A stretch of 64,000 nucleotides of DNA from a bacterium (lineage in GTDB: Bacteria > Zhuqueibacterota > Zhuqueibacteria > Oceanimicrobiales > Oceanimicrobiaceae). This document shows positions 20,129-29,960 of this stretch, one piece after another. The stretch is taken from assembly GCA_037446635.1 (NCBI GenBank), contig JBBIIG010000003.1:23302-87301 (forward strand), read 5' to 3'. The notes under the pieces are model-generated. The model had not been told where the DNA came from. It saw nothing but the letters and a program-made list of their open reading frames with translations, and did not search any database. Each line of letters opens with the position of its first letter. Within the stretch, counting starts at the first letter, position 1. The position numbers were made by a program, and so were the translations under genes.

Positions 20129-20356
20129 ATGACTACAACACCAAAAGAACGAGTGCTGCAAATCTGCGCCGAGCTTGGCGAAGATCTGGATTCGCCGTCC
20201 TGCAAAGCGCTGCGGGAATTTATTCAAACCTGTCCCAATTGCGCGGCGTTTGTGGACTCGGTGAAGAAGACGATTCGGCTATATCGGGAGTACCGGCCGG
20301 AGGCGTCGGGAGACGTTCGGCTGAAATTGTTGAAGACATTGAATCTCAGCAAGTAG
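20129..20356 (+). CDS. Small Cys-rich soluble anti-sigma factor (zf-HC2-like)
   Basis: IC..LGEDLDSP.C..L.EF...CPNC....DS.KKTI.LY, directly after the ECF gene. Confidence 0.8.
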   Translation: MTTTPKERVLQICAELGEDLDSPSCKALREFIQTCPNCAAFVDSVKKTIRLYREYRPEASGDVRLKLLKTLNLSK

Positions 20357-20435
20357 GTACTATAAGAGGGATCAAACACCGTCGGAGACGGTGTTTGGTC
20401 GAGGGGAATCGTCAAAGCCCTCCCCTTAACCCCTC

Positions 20436-20574
20436 CTAGAAATCCGATCGGAAAATGATTAAGGCCACAAATTCATGGTTCGACTCCGCTCGCCATGAAG
20501 AGAATTAGCTTCATCCGGAGCGGAGTCGAAGGATGAAGTCGCTCGCACATTCCATTCTCCGACCGGATTTCTAG
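20436..20574. mobile_element. MITE-like element, 131 bp, with 18-bp terminal inverted repeats between CTAG direct repeats
   Basis: ctag|aaatccgatcggaaaatg ... cattctccgaccggattt|ctag (16/18 match). It interrupts a ccctcct..aggaggg hairpin. Confidence 0.75.
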
Positions 20575-20588
20575 AACAGGAGGGTGAA

Positions 20589-21779
20589 TTATATCTCCGC
20601 GCAGAATTTTTTCCAGGCCTCAATCGTGAGATCAGCCAGCTCGCGGCACGCCGCCGCCAAATCCGTTTCGTGGCTTTGAACGATTTGCAACTGCTTGCGG
20701 CGGATTTGCAGCTCCAGCGGATCGCCGATGTGCTTGACGTGGCCGCGCCCCAATTGTACGCCGACGTCGTACACCACTTCCGCTAGATCGTTGTACGATT
20801 TGAAGGTCTCGCCGATCTTCACTTCTTTATAATTATCAACCCAAGAATGCACCCAAAAAGTGCTGCCGCGAAACGTGAAGTAGCCCAGATGGCGAAACGG
20901 CTCGTAGGCGATGCGCGCCTGGCCGATGAGAATGCGGAACGGGTCGCTGCGCTTGCCGCTGATGATGCACGGAATGCCGGTCAAATCACGCACCTGCTTG
21001 CATTCGAGGATTACGTCGTCCAGTGGCTCTTCCGTCGGGCCGGCGACGCGAAACAAATATTTGATATCGAGGGCGCTGCCAATGCCCATGCGCAGATAGC
21101 CGATGTTTTTGACGTCAAAATAGGTGGGGTTCAAATCGGGGTTTTCGGCGCGCATGGTTTCTACATAAGGTTGAATGGCCTCCCAAAGCGCTCGGCGTTC
21201 ATCATCGGGCGCGGGCTGCATCACCGACTCCACCCATTGCAAATATTTTTCACGGTCAAATTTAAAATGGGAACGAATTTCTTTGACGACAGCTGGCTCA
21301 TGCGCCTCAGTCAGTGGATCTTTCAGGGCGTCGCGGTAGCCCTCCAGAAATTCGGAGAACAAACTATCGGCGCTGCTGTTCCAACCCTGCTCATGGCAAG
21401 CCAGCCGCAGCGAGACGCCGAAGCGGATGAGATCGATAAAACCGGGCCCGGAGGCGGAGTCGTCGTAATCGGTGAGGCCGCGCCCAAGATCGGTGACCGC
21501 GTATTGTTCGAGGTGCGCGTCGCCGTGCAGGTTGACGGAGGGATTGTCGGCAATCATCGCGTCGAAACGGCGGCAAACTTCACTGGCAAAGATTTTATTA
21601 ATAAAACGAAAGTAGCCGTGCGGCCCGGAACGAATTCGTTCCAACAGCTCTGGGTTGCTCGAAAAATCATGAAGAGCGGGATCGGTGTAAAGGGGGTTGG
21701 CGGCGTCGTTTTTCCCACCGTCTGAGCAGGCGAGAAAGAACAGGGCGCCGGTTATCAGCACCAAACGGCGAGTAATCAT
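20589..21779 (-). CDS. DUF2252-family kinase-like lipoprotein
   Basis: FFLAC lipobox, HGDAHLEQY, TDYDDS..GP...DL.R, MGIGS, DVILE.KQ. Confidence 0.75.
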   Translation of the reverse strand: MITRRLVLITGALFFLACSDGGKNDAANPLYTDPALHDFSSNPELLERIRSGPHGYFRFINKIFASEVCRRFDAMIADNPSVNLHGDAHLEQYAVTDLGRGLTDYDDSASGPGFIDLIRFGVSLRLACHEQGWNSSADSLFSEFLEGYRDALKDPLTEAHEPAVVKEIRSHFKFDREKYLQWVESVMQPAPDDERRALWEAIQPYVETMRAENPDLNPTYFDVKNIGYLRMGIGSALDIKYLFRVAGPTEEPLDDVILECKQVRDLTGIPCIISGKRSDPFRILIGQARIAYEPFRHLGYFTFRGSTFWVHSWVDNYKEVKIGETFKSYNDLAEVVYDVGVQLGRGHVKHIGDPLELQIRRKQLQIVQSHETDLAAACRELADLTIEAWKKFCAEI

Positions 21780-21945
21780 GACCTGCTCTCCTAATCGATG
21801 ATCGATAATCGATGATTGATGATTGGTAAATTCCATTAACAATTCATCATTGACAATTCACCATTGACAATTGATGTGAGTGGCGAACCCAATTGTGAAT
21901 GGTGAATTGTCAATTGTGAACTGCCAACTGGCGACTGGAGACTGC

Positions 21946-22767
21946 CTACTGCCGGTGCAATCCCTGCGCCACGATCACCAAACCTTGCAAAGCCAAATAC
22001 GGCTCGAACAGCACGCCGGTTAATTGCGGCGCCAGCAGCCGCCCGGCGCCGCCGGTGACGACGGTCACCGGGTCGTCGTCCAATTGTTCGCGCATATGGC
22101 GGAGAAGCTCTTTTACGGCGCCAAGCTGCCCCCAGAACAGTCCGCTGCGAATGGCGTCGCGAGTGTTTTTGCCGAGGGGTTCGGGCGGAACGCCGGCCAA
22201 TTCTTCATTTAAGATACGCGGCAAAAGCGCGGTGTATTGATGGAGCGCGCGCGAGCCCAATTGCAGCCCCGGCAAAATCGCGCCGCCCTCGAAGGCGCCG
22301 TCGGCGGCAACCAGATCTACGGTGGTGGCGGTGCCGCTGTCAACGATGATCATGGCTTTGTTTTTGGGACGAATTATGTTGCCGGCGACGGCGTTGAGCA
22401 GCCGATCCATTCCCACGGTGCGCGGTGAGTCCACGCGGATTGCCAGCGGCAGCAGAAACGGGCTGTCGATGACCACCGGCTGCGGCCAGCCGGTGGCCGG
22501 CCAGCCATCGACGATTTTATCGCGGCCGCGCGGGTTGACGCCGCCTAAAATCACAGCGGCTTTTGCAGTAGGATGATGATTGCCCCACTGCGCCAGCTCA
22601 TCCCACGGCACCTCTTCATCCACCTCTATGGCCATGGAACGCAAACAGTCAGGCAGGGGGCGCTCGGGGGTGTGAGTGTGATCGCGCTTAAACAGCCCCA
22701 GCTTGATGCGGCTGTTGCCCACGTCGATGGCGATGAGGAGTTTGTCGTCTATTTTGAGATCTTGCAT
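21946..22767 (-). CDS. coaX: Type III pantothenate kinase
   Basis: IDVGNSRIK, VGMDR, VDSGTATTVD, FEGGAILPG, VTGG. Confidence 0.95.
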   Translation of the reverse strand: MQDLKIDDKLLIAIDVGNSRIKLGLFKRDHTHTPERPLPDCLRSMAIEVDEEVPWDELAQWGNHHPTAKAAVILGGVNPRGRDKIVDGWPATGWPQPVVIDSPFLLPLAIRVDSPRTVGMDRLLNAVAGNIIRPKNKAMIIVDSGTATTVDLVAADGAFEGGAILPGLQLGSRALHQYTALLPRILNEELAGVPPEPLGKNTRDAIRSGLFWGQLGAVKELLRHMREQLDDDPVTVVTGGAGRLLAPQLTGVLFEPYLALQGLVIVAQGLHRQ

Positions 22768-22890
22768 AGTTTTCGGGAAGCTCCTATTTCGCTCCACGCT
22801 CACTTTCACACTCTCACTCCCACGCTGAGCGTGGGAGCGAGATGGTTTGCTTTTTTGATTTTAGCGAGAGGGTCTGCATTTTTGATTTTT

Positions 22891-23703
22891 TCAAGGCTGC
22901 AGCACCTTCACCACTTCCTCCAAAACCTGCGGGTGGCACGCCGCCGCCAAACTGCCGCAATCAATAACATTTTCGCGGTTGCCATCGAGGCCGCTGGCCA
23001 CGCCGCCGGCCTCTTCAATGCAGGGCAGAATGGCCGCGGTGTCCCACGGGTGCATCAAAGTATCGATCGCCGCGTGGAGGCGGCCGCGGCAAAGCAGCGC
23101 GTACTGCAGGCAATCGCTGACGAAGCGAAACTTGCGGACGCGAGGAATCAGGGCTTGCAAGTTGTACGGCGCCTCGCCGTCTTTGTGGAAAATGTTCGTG
23201 CTGATCACGCTGGTCGCAGAAACCACTGCTTCGCTGAGCGGAACAGGTTTGCTAACTCTTAGCCTTGAAGATTTTTCTCCATGAGCTTTAAACCAGCAGC
23301 CAGAACCGCGCGCGGCGTAAACGGTTTCGCCGATGGCCGGGTGATGAATCACGCCCACCACCGGCTGCTGATTTTCGACGAAGGCGATCAGGGTGCCGAA
23401 CAACGGCACGCCTAAAGTAAACCACGCCGTGCCATCGATGGGATCGAGAATCCAGAGTTGCGCGGCGTTGCGCGAGTCGTCGCCGCCAAATTCCTCCCCT
23501 AAAATTTTGTGTTTCGGAAAGCGCGATTGAATCATTTTGCGCATGGCCTGTTCGGCGGCGCGGTCGGCGTCGGTGACTTCGCTGCCGTCGGCCTTTAAGC
23601 TGACGCTGCAGTTGCGGAAGCGCGGCATGATTTCGGCTTCGGCAGCTAGCGCGAGTTGCAGGGCGAAGTCGAGGATTTCGGAGTAGCGGTTGGATGTGCT
23701 CAT
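22891..23703 (-). CDS. Inositol monophosphatase family protein (histidinol-phosphatase HisN-like)
   Basis: VT.AD...E, GEE, WILDPIDGT, PWD.AA...EEAGG. Confidence 0.88.
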   Translation of the reverse strand: MSTSNRYSEILDFALQLALAAEAEIMPRFRNCSVSLKADGSEVTDADRAAEQAMRKMIQSRFPKHKILGEEFGGDDSRNAAQLWILDPIDGTAWFTLGVPLFGTLIAFVENQQPVVGVIHHPAIGETVYAARGSGCWFKAHGEKSSRLRVSKPVPLSEAVVSATSVISTNIFHKDGEAPYNLQALIPRVRKFRFVSDCLQYALLCRGRLHAAIDTLMHPWDTAAILPCIEEAGGVASGLDGNRENVIDCGSLAAACHPQVLEEVVKVLQP

Positions 23704-23850
23704 TGTTTGCCGTAGCCGTAGGGGGTAATTGATGAATTACCCCTACGGCGTCAACTGGAAATGATTTCGCAGCCAATCTAACTTTTTCCGCGCTAATAGT
23801 CAACGTAAAAAAATCTTGCTTATTAGTGCGACAATTTTTAGAATCATTCT

Positions 23851-25701
23851 GTGAAACGCGCTGCCTTACTAACCTTTATCATCACTGCTTATCTACTGTT
23901 GTTGACCGCCAGCCTATTCTCACAAGAAGTCCGCGTTGATAAGCTTAAATTTAAAGGCAACAAAAGCATCTCCGCGGGCCAGCTCACCCAGGCCATCTTA
24001 ACGCGCGGCAAATCCTGGAGCAGCCGGATTTTTTTCTGGCAAGCCGGCCCCGAATTCGATGAAGATGTTTTCCTGCAGGACTTGCTGCGCATCGAGCGCT
24101 TTTATCAGCGCGAGGGCTATTTGCAGGCGCGCGTCAAAGATTATGAATTGCAATACAACGCCAAGCACACGCGCGTAAAGATCACCATAGTTGTCGAAGA
24201 GGGCCGGCCCACGCGCGTCGAGGCCGTTGAGGTGATGGGCGCGGACAGCATCGAGCTGCCGTTTCCGGCGGATCGGCTGCGGGCGCTGCTGACTCTGAAG
24301 CCGGGAAAACGCTACCGCGAAGAAGATTTGACTTTGGATCACACCCGGCTCACGGCGCGCTTCAGCAACCGCGGCTATCCGTACATTCAAGCCAGGGTCA
24401 AGCCCGTTTTCGATCCAGAACGCTATCGCGTGCGCCTCGAATGGCGCCTCGACCCCGGCCCGCTCTGCTATTTTGGCGAGATCACCATCGCCGGCAACGA
24501 AAGCGTTTCCGACGACGTGATTTTACGCGGCCTGGGGTTTCGACCCGGCCGGCCGTTTGTGCAGAGCCGCCTCGCCGACGCCCAGAGCCAGGTGTATCGG
24601 CTGGAGCTGTTTCAGTTTGTAAGTTTGCGCGCGCTGGATTTAGATCAAAAACCGGAGCACATCCCCATCGAAGTGCGGGTGCGGGAGTCGGCGCCGCGAA
24701 CGTTGAAGTTGGGCGTGGGCTACGGCTCGGAGGAATCGTTTCGGGCGTCGGCGCAGTGGCGGCATCGCAATTTTTTAGGCGGCGCGCGCATCCTGCGGAT
24801 ACTGGCCAAACATTCCACGGAAATTCTTCCGCTGCAATTGCAATTGGAGCTGAGCCAGCCTTATTTTTTCAGCAATAAAAACGACTTGCTTCTCAAACCG
24901 TTTTTCGTCTGGCAGGATGAAAGCAGCTTCGATGCCAAGCGCTTGGGTTTGGAAGCCACCTTCAACCGCCAGGTGACGCGCCGAACCAATGTTTTTTTCT
25001 CCCCGCGCGTGGAGCACAACCGCGTACGCAGCAAAACCGACTCGGTTACCGTCGAAACCAACAAGTCGGTATTGAGCGCGGGCGTGCGGCGCAATTCCAC
25101 GGACCAGCTTTTTTCGCCCACCCGCGGGCACATCTCCACGTTTGTGGCTGAAGAAGCCGGCCGCTTTTTGAGCAGTGAATTCAACTACCTCAAGTTTTAT
25201 TCCGAGCACCGCTTTTTTAAACAACTACACCCCGGGCACGTTTTTGCAACCCGGCTTTTTTTAGGCGCGATGAAACCCATTCGCGGCAGCCGCGCCACCC
25301 CGGTGGAAGAGCGGTTTTTCTCCGGCGGCAACTACTCGGTGCGCGGCTGGGGACGGCAATTCTTAGGCCCGCAGGCCTTCAACGACAGCTCGAAAACCGT
25401 CGTGCCGCTGGGCGGCGACAGCGCTCTTGAGGGCAGCTTCGAGTATCGTCACCCGATTTATAAGGACTTCACTGGCGCGCTTTTTTTGGATTATGGCAAC
25501 GTCTGGCAAAGGTGGGATGGAATCGATCTGCTGGATTTGCACTACGCCATCGGTTACGGCTTGCGCTACAACACTTTCATCGGACCCATCCGCATCGATG
25601 TGGCCTGGAAGCTTAATAAACAGCCGTTGGATGACGTCGTGAGTAGAAATCGCAGCAATAACCGCTATCAGATTCATTTCAGCATTGGGCAGGCGTTTTA
25701 G
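23851..25701 (+). CDS. tamA: Omp85-family protein with 3 POTRA domains (TamA-like)
   Basis: POTRA motifs, RFFSGG..SVRGW, GLRY.T.IGPIR.D, C-terminal SIGQAF; upstream of tamB. Confidence 0.88.
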   Translation: MKRAALLTFIITAYLLLLTASLFSQEVRVDKLKFKGNKSISAGQLTQAILTRGKSWSSRIFFWQAGPEFDEDVFLQDLLRIERFYQREGYLQARVKDYELQYNAKHTRVKITIVVEEGRPTRVEAVEVMGADSIELPFPADRLRALLTLKPGKRYREEDLTLDHTRLTARFSNRGYPYIQARVKPVFDPERYRVRLEWRLDPGPLCYFGEITIAGNESVSDDVILRGLGFRPGRPFVQSRLADAQSQVYRLELFQFVSLRALDLDQKPEHIPIEVRVRESAPRTLKLGVGYGSEESFRASAQWRHRNFLGGARILRILAKHSTEILPLQLQLELSQPYFFSNKNDLLLKPFFVWQDESSFDAKRLGLEATFNRQVTRRTNVFFSPRVEHNRVRSKTDSVTVETNKSVLSAGVRRNSTDQLFSPTRGHISTFVAEEAGRFLSSEFNYLKFYSEHRFFKQLHPGHVFATRLFLGAMKPIRGSRATPVEERFFSGGNYSVRGWGRQFLGPQAFNDSSKTVVPLGGDSALEGSFEYRHPIYKDFTGALFLDYGNVWQRWDGIDLLDLHYAIGYGLRYNTFIGPIRIDVAWKLNKQPLDDVVSRNRSNNRYQIHFSIGQAF

Positions 25702-25736
25702 AACCAAACTGCGGCATCCAATGTTTAAGTTTCTAA

Positions 25737-28700
25737 ATGACTAAAATCATCAAGTATCTTTCCTATTTCTTACTATTCATAATCGTAGCGGCGCTGCTGC
25801 TCGCCGTTTTCACCCAAACTCCGATCTTCAAGAATTGGCTGAAAAACAAAATCATTCAATTGGCGGAAAGCAGCCTCAACGGCGAGGTCGCGATTCAGTC
25901 CCTGCAAGGCAATCTCTTCAGCTATTTTGAGATCGAGGGGCTGTCGGTAAAAATCGCCGGCGACGATTTTCTGAGGGTCCAGCGGGCGTTCATCAGTTTT
26001 AACCCCTACTCCTTTCTGAACAAAAAAATTGCGCTGCGGCAAATCATTTTGGCGGCGCCCGAAATCCACTTAACCCAAATGGATTCCGCCCACTGGAATT
26101 TTCATCGCCTTTTGAAACCGACGGCGCAGCCGGCGCCATCCGACAGCGCCACTCACTTCAACTGGGCCGTGGCGGCGCCCAACATCGTGGTCGCCGACGG
26201 CGCCATGCATCTGCGAACGCTCGGGGCGCTGCCGGTGGTGCTTCCAAAAACCATTCAAAACCTGAACGTCATTTTAGGACTCTGGCTCAACCAAGAAGAA
26301 ACCCAACTGGCGCTGGAAAAGCTGAGCTTCGACGCCCGCGACCCCGATCTCAGCTTGCGCACCAGCGAAACCAGGTTTCTTTTCCAGCGCGACCATCTCA
26401 AAGCCGAGGAGCTGGAAATTCAAACCGGCGCCTCCAAGCTCTCATCAAACATCGACATCAAAAATTTCACGGACCCGCAGGTGGATGCCCTGATTCAAGG
26501 GCAGCCGCTTTCTTTCACCGAGCTGCGCCGCGCCCTCCCTAAGCTGCGACTATACGGCGACCCCAAAATCATGCTAAAGGTGCGCGGCGGCCTCAGCGAT
26601 CTCGAAATCAATCTCCGCCTTTGGATGGGTGAAAACAACCTCGCCCTTTCCGGAAATCTCCAGCTCAAGCAGCCGCCCTATCGCTACCAGCTCAAAGGCG
26701 AGGTTTCGCATTTGAATGTGGCGGACTTCACCCACGACTCAACTTTTGCCAGCGATCTCAATTTTAATTTCGAGGTGGCGGGCCGGGAGTTTGAGTTTCA
26801 CAAAATGTCCAGCCAACTGACGCTGGCGCTCGATCGCAGCGCGGCGTTCGGGCTGTGGTTCGAGCCGCTCTGGGGGCGCTGTGAGATCGACAGCGCTCAA
26901 ATTAAATTTACGCTGCAAACCGGGTCGCGGGGGGCGAAAGCCGCAGCGGAGGGTTGGGCCACTTTGGCCGGCGACCTCCCCTCCTATCGTTTTCACGCCG
27001 ACATCCACAATTTCGATCTCAGCCAGTTCACCGACTCGTCGGCGGTGCACAGCGATCTCAATCTGCGCCTCGACGTCGATGGCCAGGGGATGGATGCCGA
27101 AACCCTCAGCGGCCATTTCAACTTAAAGTTGGCGCCGTCGAGTCTCAACGGCGTCCCCATCGACTCTGCTTATTTTCAAATTCACTTGCAGGAGAAAACG
27201 CTGCACCTGCGGGAGGTTTGGCTGGCCTCGCCGTTCACAAAGGTGACGGCGGCTGGCACCATCTCCGTTTCCGCCAAAGCGGACCCGCCAAGCGGACACA
27301 AAGAAAATCACCTGCAAGTGGAGGCCCAATTCATCGACTTCTCGGTGCTGAGCCAATCGCTGCCGCTGGATTCCCTGGCCGGCCGCGGCCGGTTTCACGC
27401 GCGCTTGGATGGCCCGCTGGATTCCCTGCTGGCGACCGCCACCCTTGAGCTGGTGGAACTTGCCGGCCGCGATTTCGCAATCGGGCAATTCGCGGCGCGA
27501 GGAACGGGCGTCTATTCGCCCGAAGGGGTGCGGTTCGAGGTGGCCGGGCGGCTCGATACCACTGCCGTCTTTGGAATGACCGATTTGCGCTCCGATTTCA
27601 ATTTTAGACTCGCCGATTCCGCCGTTCATTTTCGCATCGCCGCCCACAAGTTAGACGACCTCTCCGCCGCTACCACTGGCGAGTTGCGCTGGGATGGCGA
27701 AAGCGTGACGGTTTTTATCGACACGCTGAAGCTGAGCGTATTAAATCAGCAGTGGCAGAAAACCAGCGATTCCACCACTCTGCACATCGACGACGACGGC
27801 TACACGATTTCGGAGCTGCGGCTCTCCAGCGGCCAGCAATCTTTTTTCATCTCCGGAAACATGAATTTGGAAAAGGGCAACAACCTGTTGCTGCGCTTGC
27901 AGAACGTGGACCTCACCGGCTATCGCGCTTTTTTGGAGCGCGACGTCAACCTCAACGGCCGGCTGAATTTGAACGTGGCATTGGCCGGCGATCTGGCGGC
28001 GCCCACGATTCGCGCCGATTTTGAAGTCGCCAACTTGGAATATTACCAGGTGCCGTTTGCAAGCTTTTCCGGCTTTCTGGAATTTCAGAACGATTCCCTG
28101 CGTTGGCAGGCGGCGCTCTCCAAAACGGTGAGCGACAGCACGATGGAGACGAGCGGCTTCATTCCGATGAGACTGTCGTTTACGCGAAGCGGATCGCCTG
28201 CCCGCCCGCCAGAAGCCTTCCGCCGAAGCGGATCCGCCAAGCGGACAGGCAGGCGGGCCTGCGCAGGCAGGGTATCCGACGCTCCCTACGAATTTTGCAT
28301 TTTGTCCGACGAGCAAGTGGAAATCAGAATCAGCGCCCAAAATTTGGATCTGTCTTTTTTGCAGTTGTTTGCCACCGACATCAAAAACATCAAAGGTAAG
28401 CTGGCGGCGAACATCGTTTTGCGCAACACGCTCAACGATCTGCGCGGCGTCGGGCCCATCCGCATTTTCGACGGCCAGTTCGATATCCCCACTTTAGGCA
28501 CGCAGTACCGCAACGTCAATTTAGTGTTGCTGCTGCAGGATCAGGAGCTGATCATCAAAGATTTTCGGATGCAATCGGGCGGCGGCGAATTGCGGCTAGT
28601 GGAAGGCGGGCTGACGCTTTCCGAAAAAAGCCTCGAGGATTTCTCGGATACCGATCCGCTTCGCGGAAAAGTGCGCTTGCGCGCCAACAATTTTCGCTTG

Positions 28701-29747
28701 ATGAACGATAAACGCATGCAGGCGAGAGTGAAAGGCGATCTCGAACTCTCCGGCAGCATCCGCGCGCCCAAGTTTGCCGGCGAAATCACCGTCACCGAAT
28801 CGCGTATTTATTATCCGGCCTGGTTCGAACACGAACATCTGGTGGAACTCGCCAGCCAGCCCTATTTTATCATCTCCGACGATTCCACCGTGTTTGACAA
28901 CGACGGCGCCATGCGCTTCCAGAAGACCCGCGCCGCTGCCGAAGGCGATTTCACCAAAACGGAATTTTACAAACGGCTGCGCGGCGAGCTGGCCATCTAT
29001 TTTCCCCGCAACACCTGGATTCGCGGCAACGATCTCAACCTCGAAGTGGAGGGCGAGTTGGTGGCGGTGAAAGAGGGGCCGGAGATCGTTTTGTTCGGAA
29101 ATTTTCTAACCATTCGCGGCTACTATGAACTGCTGGGCAATCGTTTTCAAATCAATCAGGGGGAATTGGTTTTTCACGGCGAGCCGGAGCCGAACCCGGA
29201 GGTGAAAATCGAGGCGGTTTATGAGTTCCAGGACGCCGCCAGCGAAGACCGCCAGAAGCACGAGTTCAAAGTGACGATCACCGGCACCCTCTACACCCCG
29301 GAATTCAAATTCACCCTCGACGATCAGATTGCGGAGCAGGAAGATATTTTATCGATTTTATTATTCGGGCAGCGCCGCTCGTCGCTATCGGTGGGCCAGG
29401 CCTACAGCGCTTCCAAAGAAACCGATCTTGAAGATCGCGCCACCGGACTGGTAGCCGGGCAGATTATCAAACAGCTTTCGGGGAGGCTCGGCCAAACGCT
29501 GAAACTCGATATGATCCAAATCGAAAGCGGCAAAGATTTGACCGAGTCCAAAGTCCGGATCGGCAAATATGTGACCCCGGACGTGTTCGTGAGCGTCAGC
29601 CAGGATTTCGGCGACGAGGGCAATCGCAAAGTGGAGCTAGAGTATGAACTGCCCAAAAAGCTTTTCTTTCTCAACCTGTTGATGCAAGCCTCCGTGGAGC
29701 GGCGCGGCGCCACCGGTCTGGATATCATCTGGAAAATTGAGTGGTAA
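25737..29747 (+). CDS. tamB: Translocation and assembly module TamB, carrying three in-frame mini-element insertions
   Basis: N-terminal anchor, long beta-rich body, C-terminal DUF490-like region (RG.Y...G.RF.I..G...F.G, IGKY.T). Confidence 0.9.
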   Translation: MTKIIKYLSYFLLFIIVAALLLAVFTQTPIFKNWLKNKIIQLAESSLNGEVAIQSLQGNLFSYFEIEGLSVKIAGDDFLRVQRAFISFNPYSFLNKKIALRQIILAAPEIHLTQMDSAHWNFHRLLKPTAQPAPSDSATHFNWAVAAPNIVVADGAMHLRTLGALPVVLPKTIQNLNVILGLWLNQEETQLALEKLSFDARDPDLSLRTSETRFLFQRDHLKAEELEIQTGASKLSSNIDIKNFTDPQVDALIQGQPLSFTELRRALPKLRLYGDPKIMLKVRGGLSDLEINLRLWMGENNLALSGNLQLKQPPYRYQLKGEVSHLNVADFTHDSTFASDLNFNFEVAGREFEFHKMSSQLTLALDRSAAFGLWFEPLWGRCEIDSAQIKFTLQTGSRGAKAAAEGWATLAGDLPSYRFHADIHNFDLSQFTDSSAVHSDLNLRLDVDGQGMDAETLSGHFNLKLAPSSLNGVPIDSAYFQIHLQEKTLHLREVWLASPFTKVTAAGTISVSAKADPPSGHKENHLQVEAQFIDFSVLSQSLPLDSLAGRGRFHARLDGPLDSLLATATLELVELAGRDFAIGQFAARGTGVYSPEGVRFEVAGRLDTTAVFGMTDLRSDFNFRLADSAVHFRIAAHKLDDLSAATTGELRWDGESVTVFIDTLKLSVLNQQWQKTSDSTTLHIDDDGYTISELRLSSGQQSFFISGNMNLEKGNNLLLRLQNVDLTGYRAFLERDVNLNGRLNLNVALAGDLAAPTIRADFEVANLEYYQVPFASFSGFLEFQNDSLRWQAALSKTVSDSTMETSGFIPMRLSFTRSGSPARPPEAFRRSGSAKRTGRRACAGRVSDAPYEFCILSDEQVEIRISAQNLDLSFLQLFATDIKNIKGKLAANIVLRNTLNDLRGVGPIRIFDGQFDIPTLGTQYRNVNLVLLLQDQELIIKDFRMQSGGGELRLVEGGLTLSEKSLEDFSDTDPLRGKVRLRANNFRLMNDKRMQARVKGDLELSGSIRAPKFAGEITVTESRIYYPAWFEHEHLVELASQPYFIISDDSTVFDNDGAMRFQKTRAAAEGDFTKTEFYKRLRGELAIYFPRNTWIRGNDLNLEVEGELVAVKEGPEIVLFGNFLTIRGYYELLGNRFQINQGELVFHGEPEPNPEVKIEAVYEFQDAASEDRQKHEFKVTITGTLYTPEFKFTLDDQIAEQEDILSILLFGQRRSSLSVGQAYSASKETDLEDRATGLVAGQIIKQLSGRLGQTLKLDMIQIESGKDLTESKVRIGKYVTPDVFVSVSQDFGDEGNRKVELEYELPKKLFFLNLLMQASVERRGATGLDIIWKIEW
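27270..27296. mobile_element. 27-bp double-hairpin mini-element (family D), in frame within tamB
   Basis: tccgc-caaa-gcgga + cccgc-caa-gcgga encodes SAKADPPSG; 25/27 identical to 28219-28245. Confidence 0.8.
28181..28279. mobile_element. 99-bp four-level nested mini-element insertion A[B[C[D]]], in frame within tamB
   Basis: Decomposes into 24+18+30+27 bp, each matching a stand-alone copy elsewhere in the window. Removal gives LSFAPYEF. Confidence 0.88.
28644..28667. mobile_element. 24-bp double-hairpin mini-element (family A), in frame within tamB
   Basis: tcgg-ata-ccga + tccgc-ttc-gcgga encodes SDTDPLRG. Its reverse complement matches 23/24 with the outer shell of 28181-28279. Confidence 0.82.
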
Positions 29748-29960
29748 CAATTTTCCGCACAACCCTTAAATCTGTCGGTATATATTGAAAAAGTTACAGC
29801 AGTAAGTGCTTGACATTTCCAATAGTACGTGCTACTTTGAACTTGCCTCAGGTTAATTGATTGTCTTGCCGCAAATTGGTCGAAGTAAATCTTAGAATCT
29901 GCTATGTAACATAAATTCCAACTAATAGGAAGGACTATTCAAAACTGCACGGAGGTGCAA

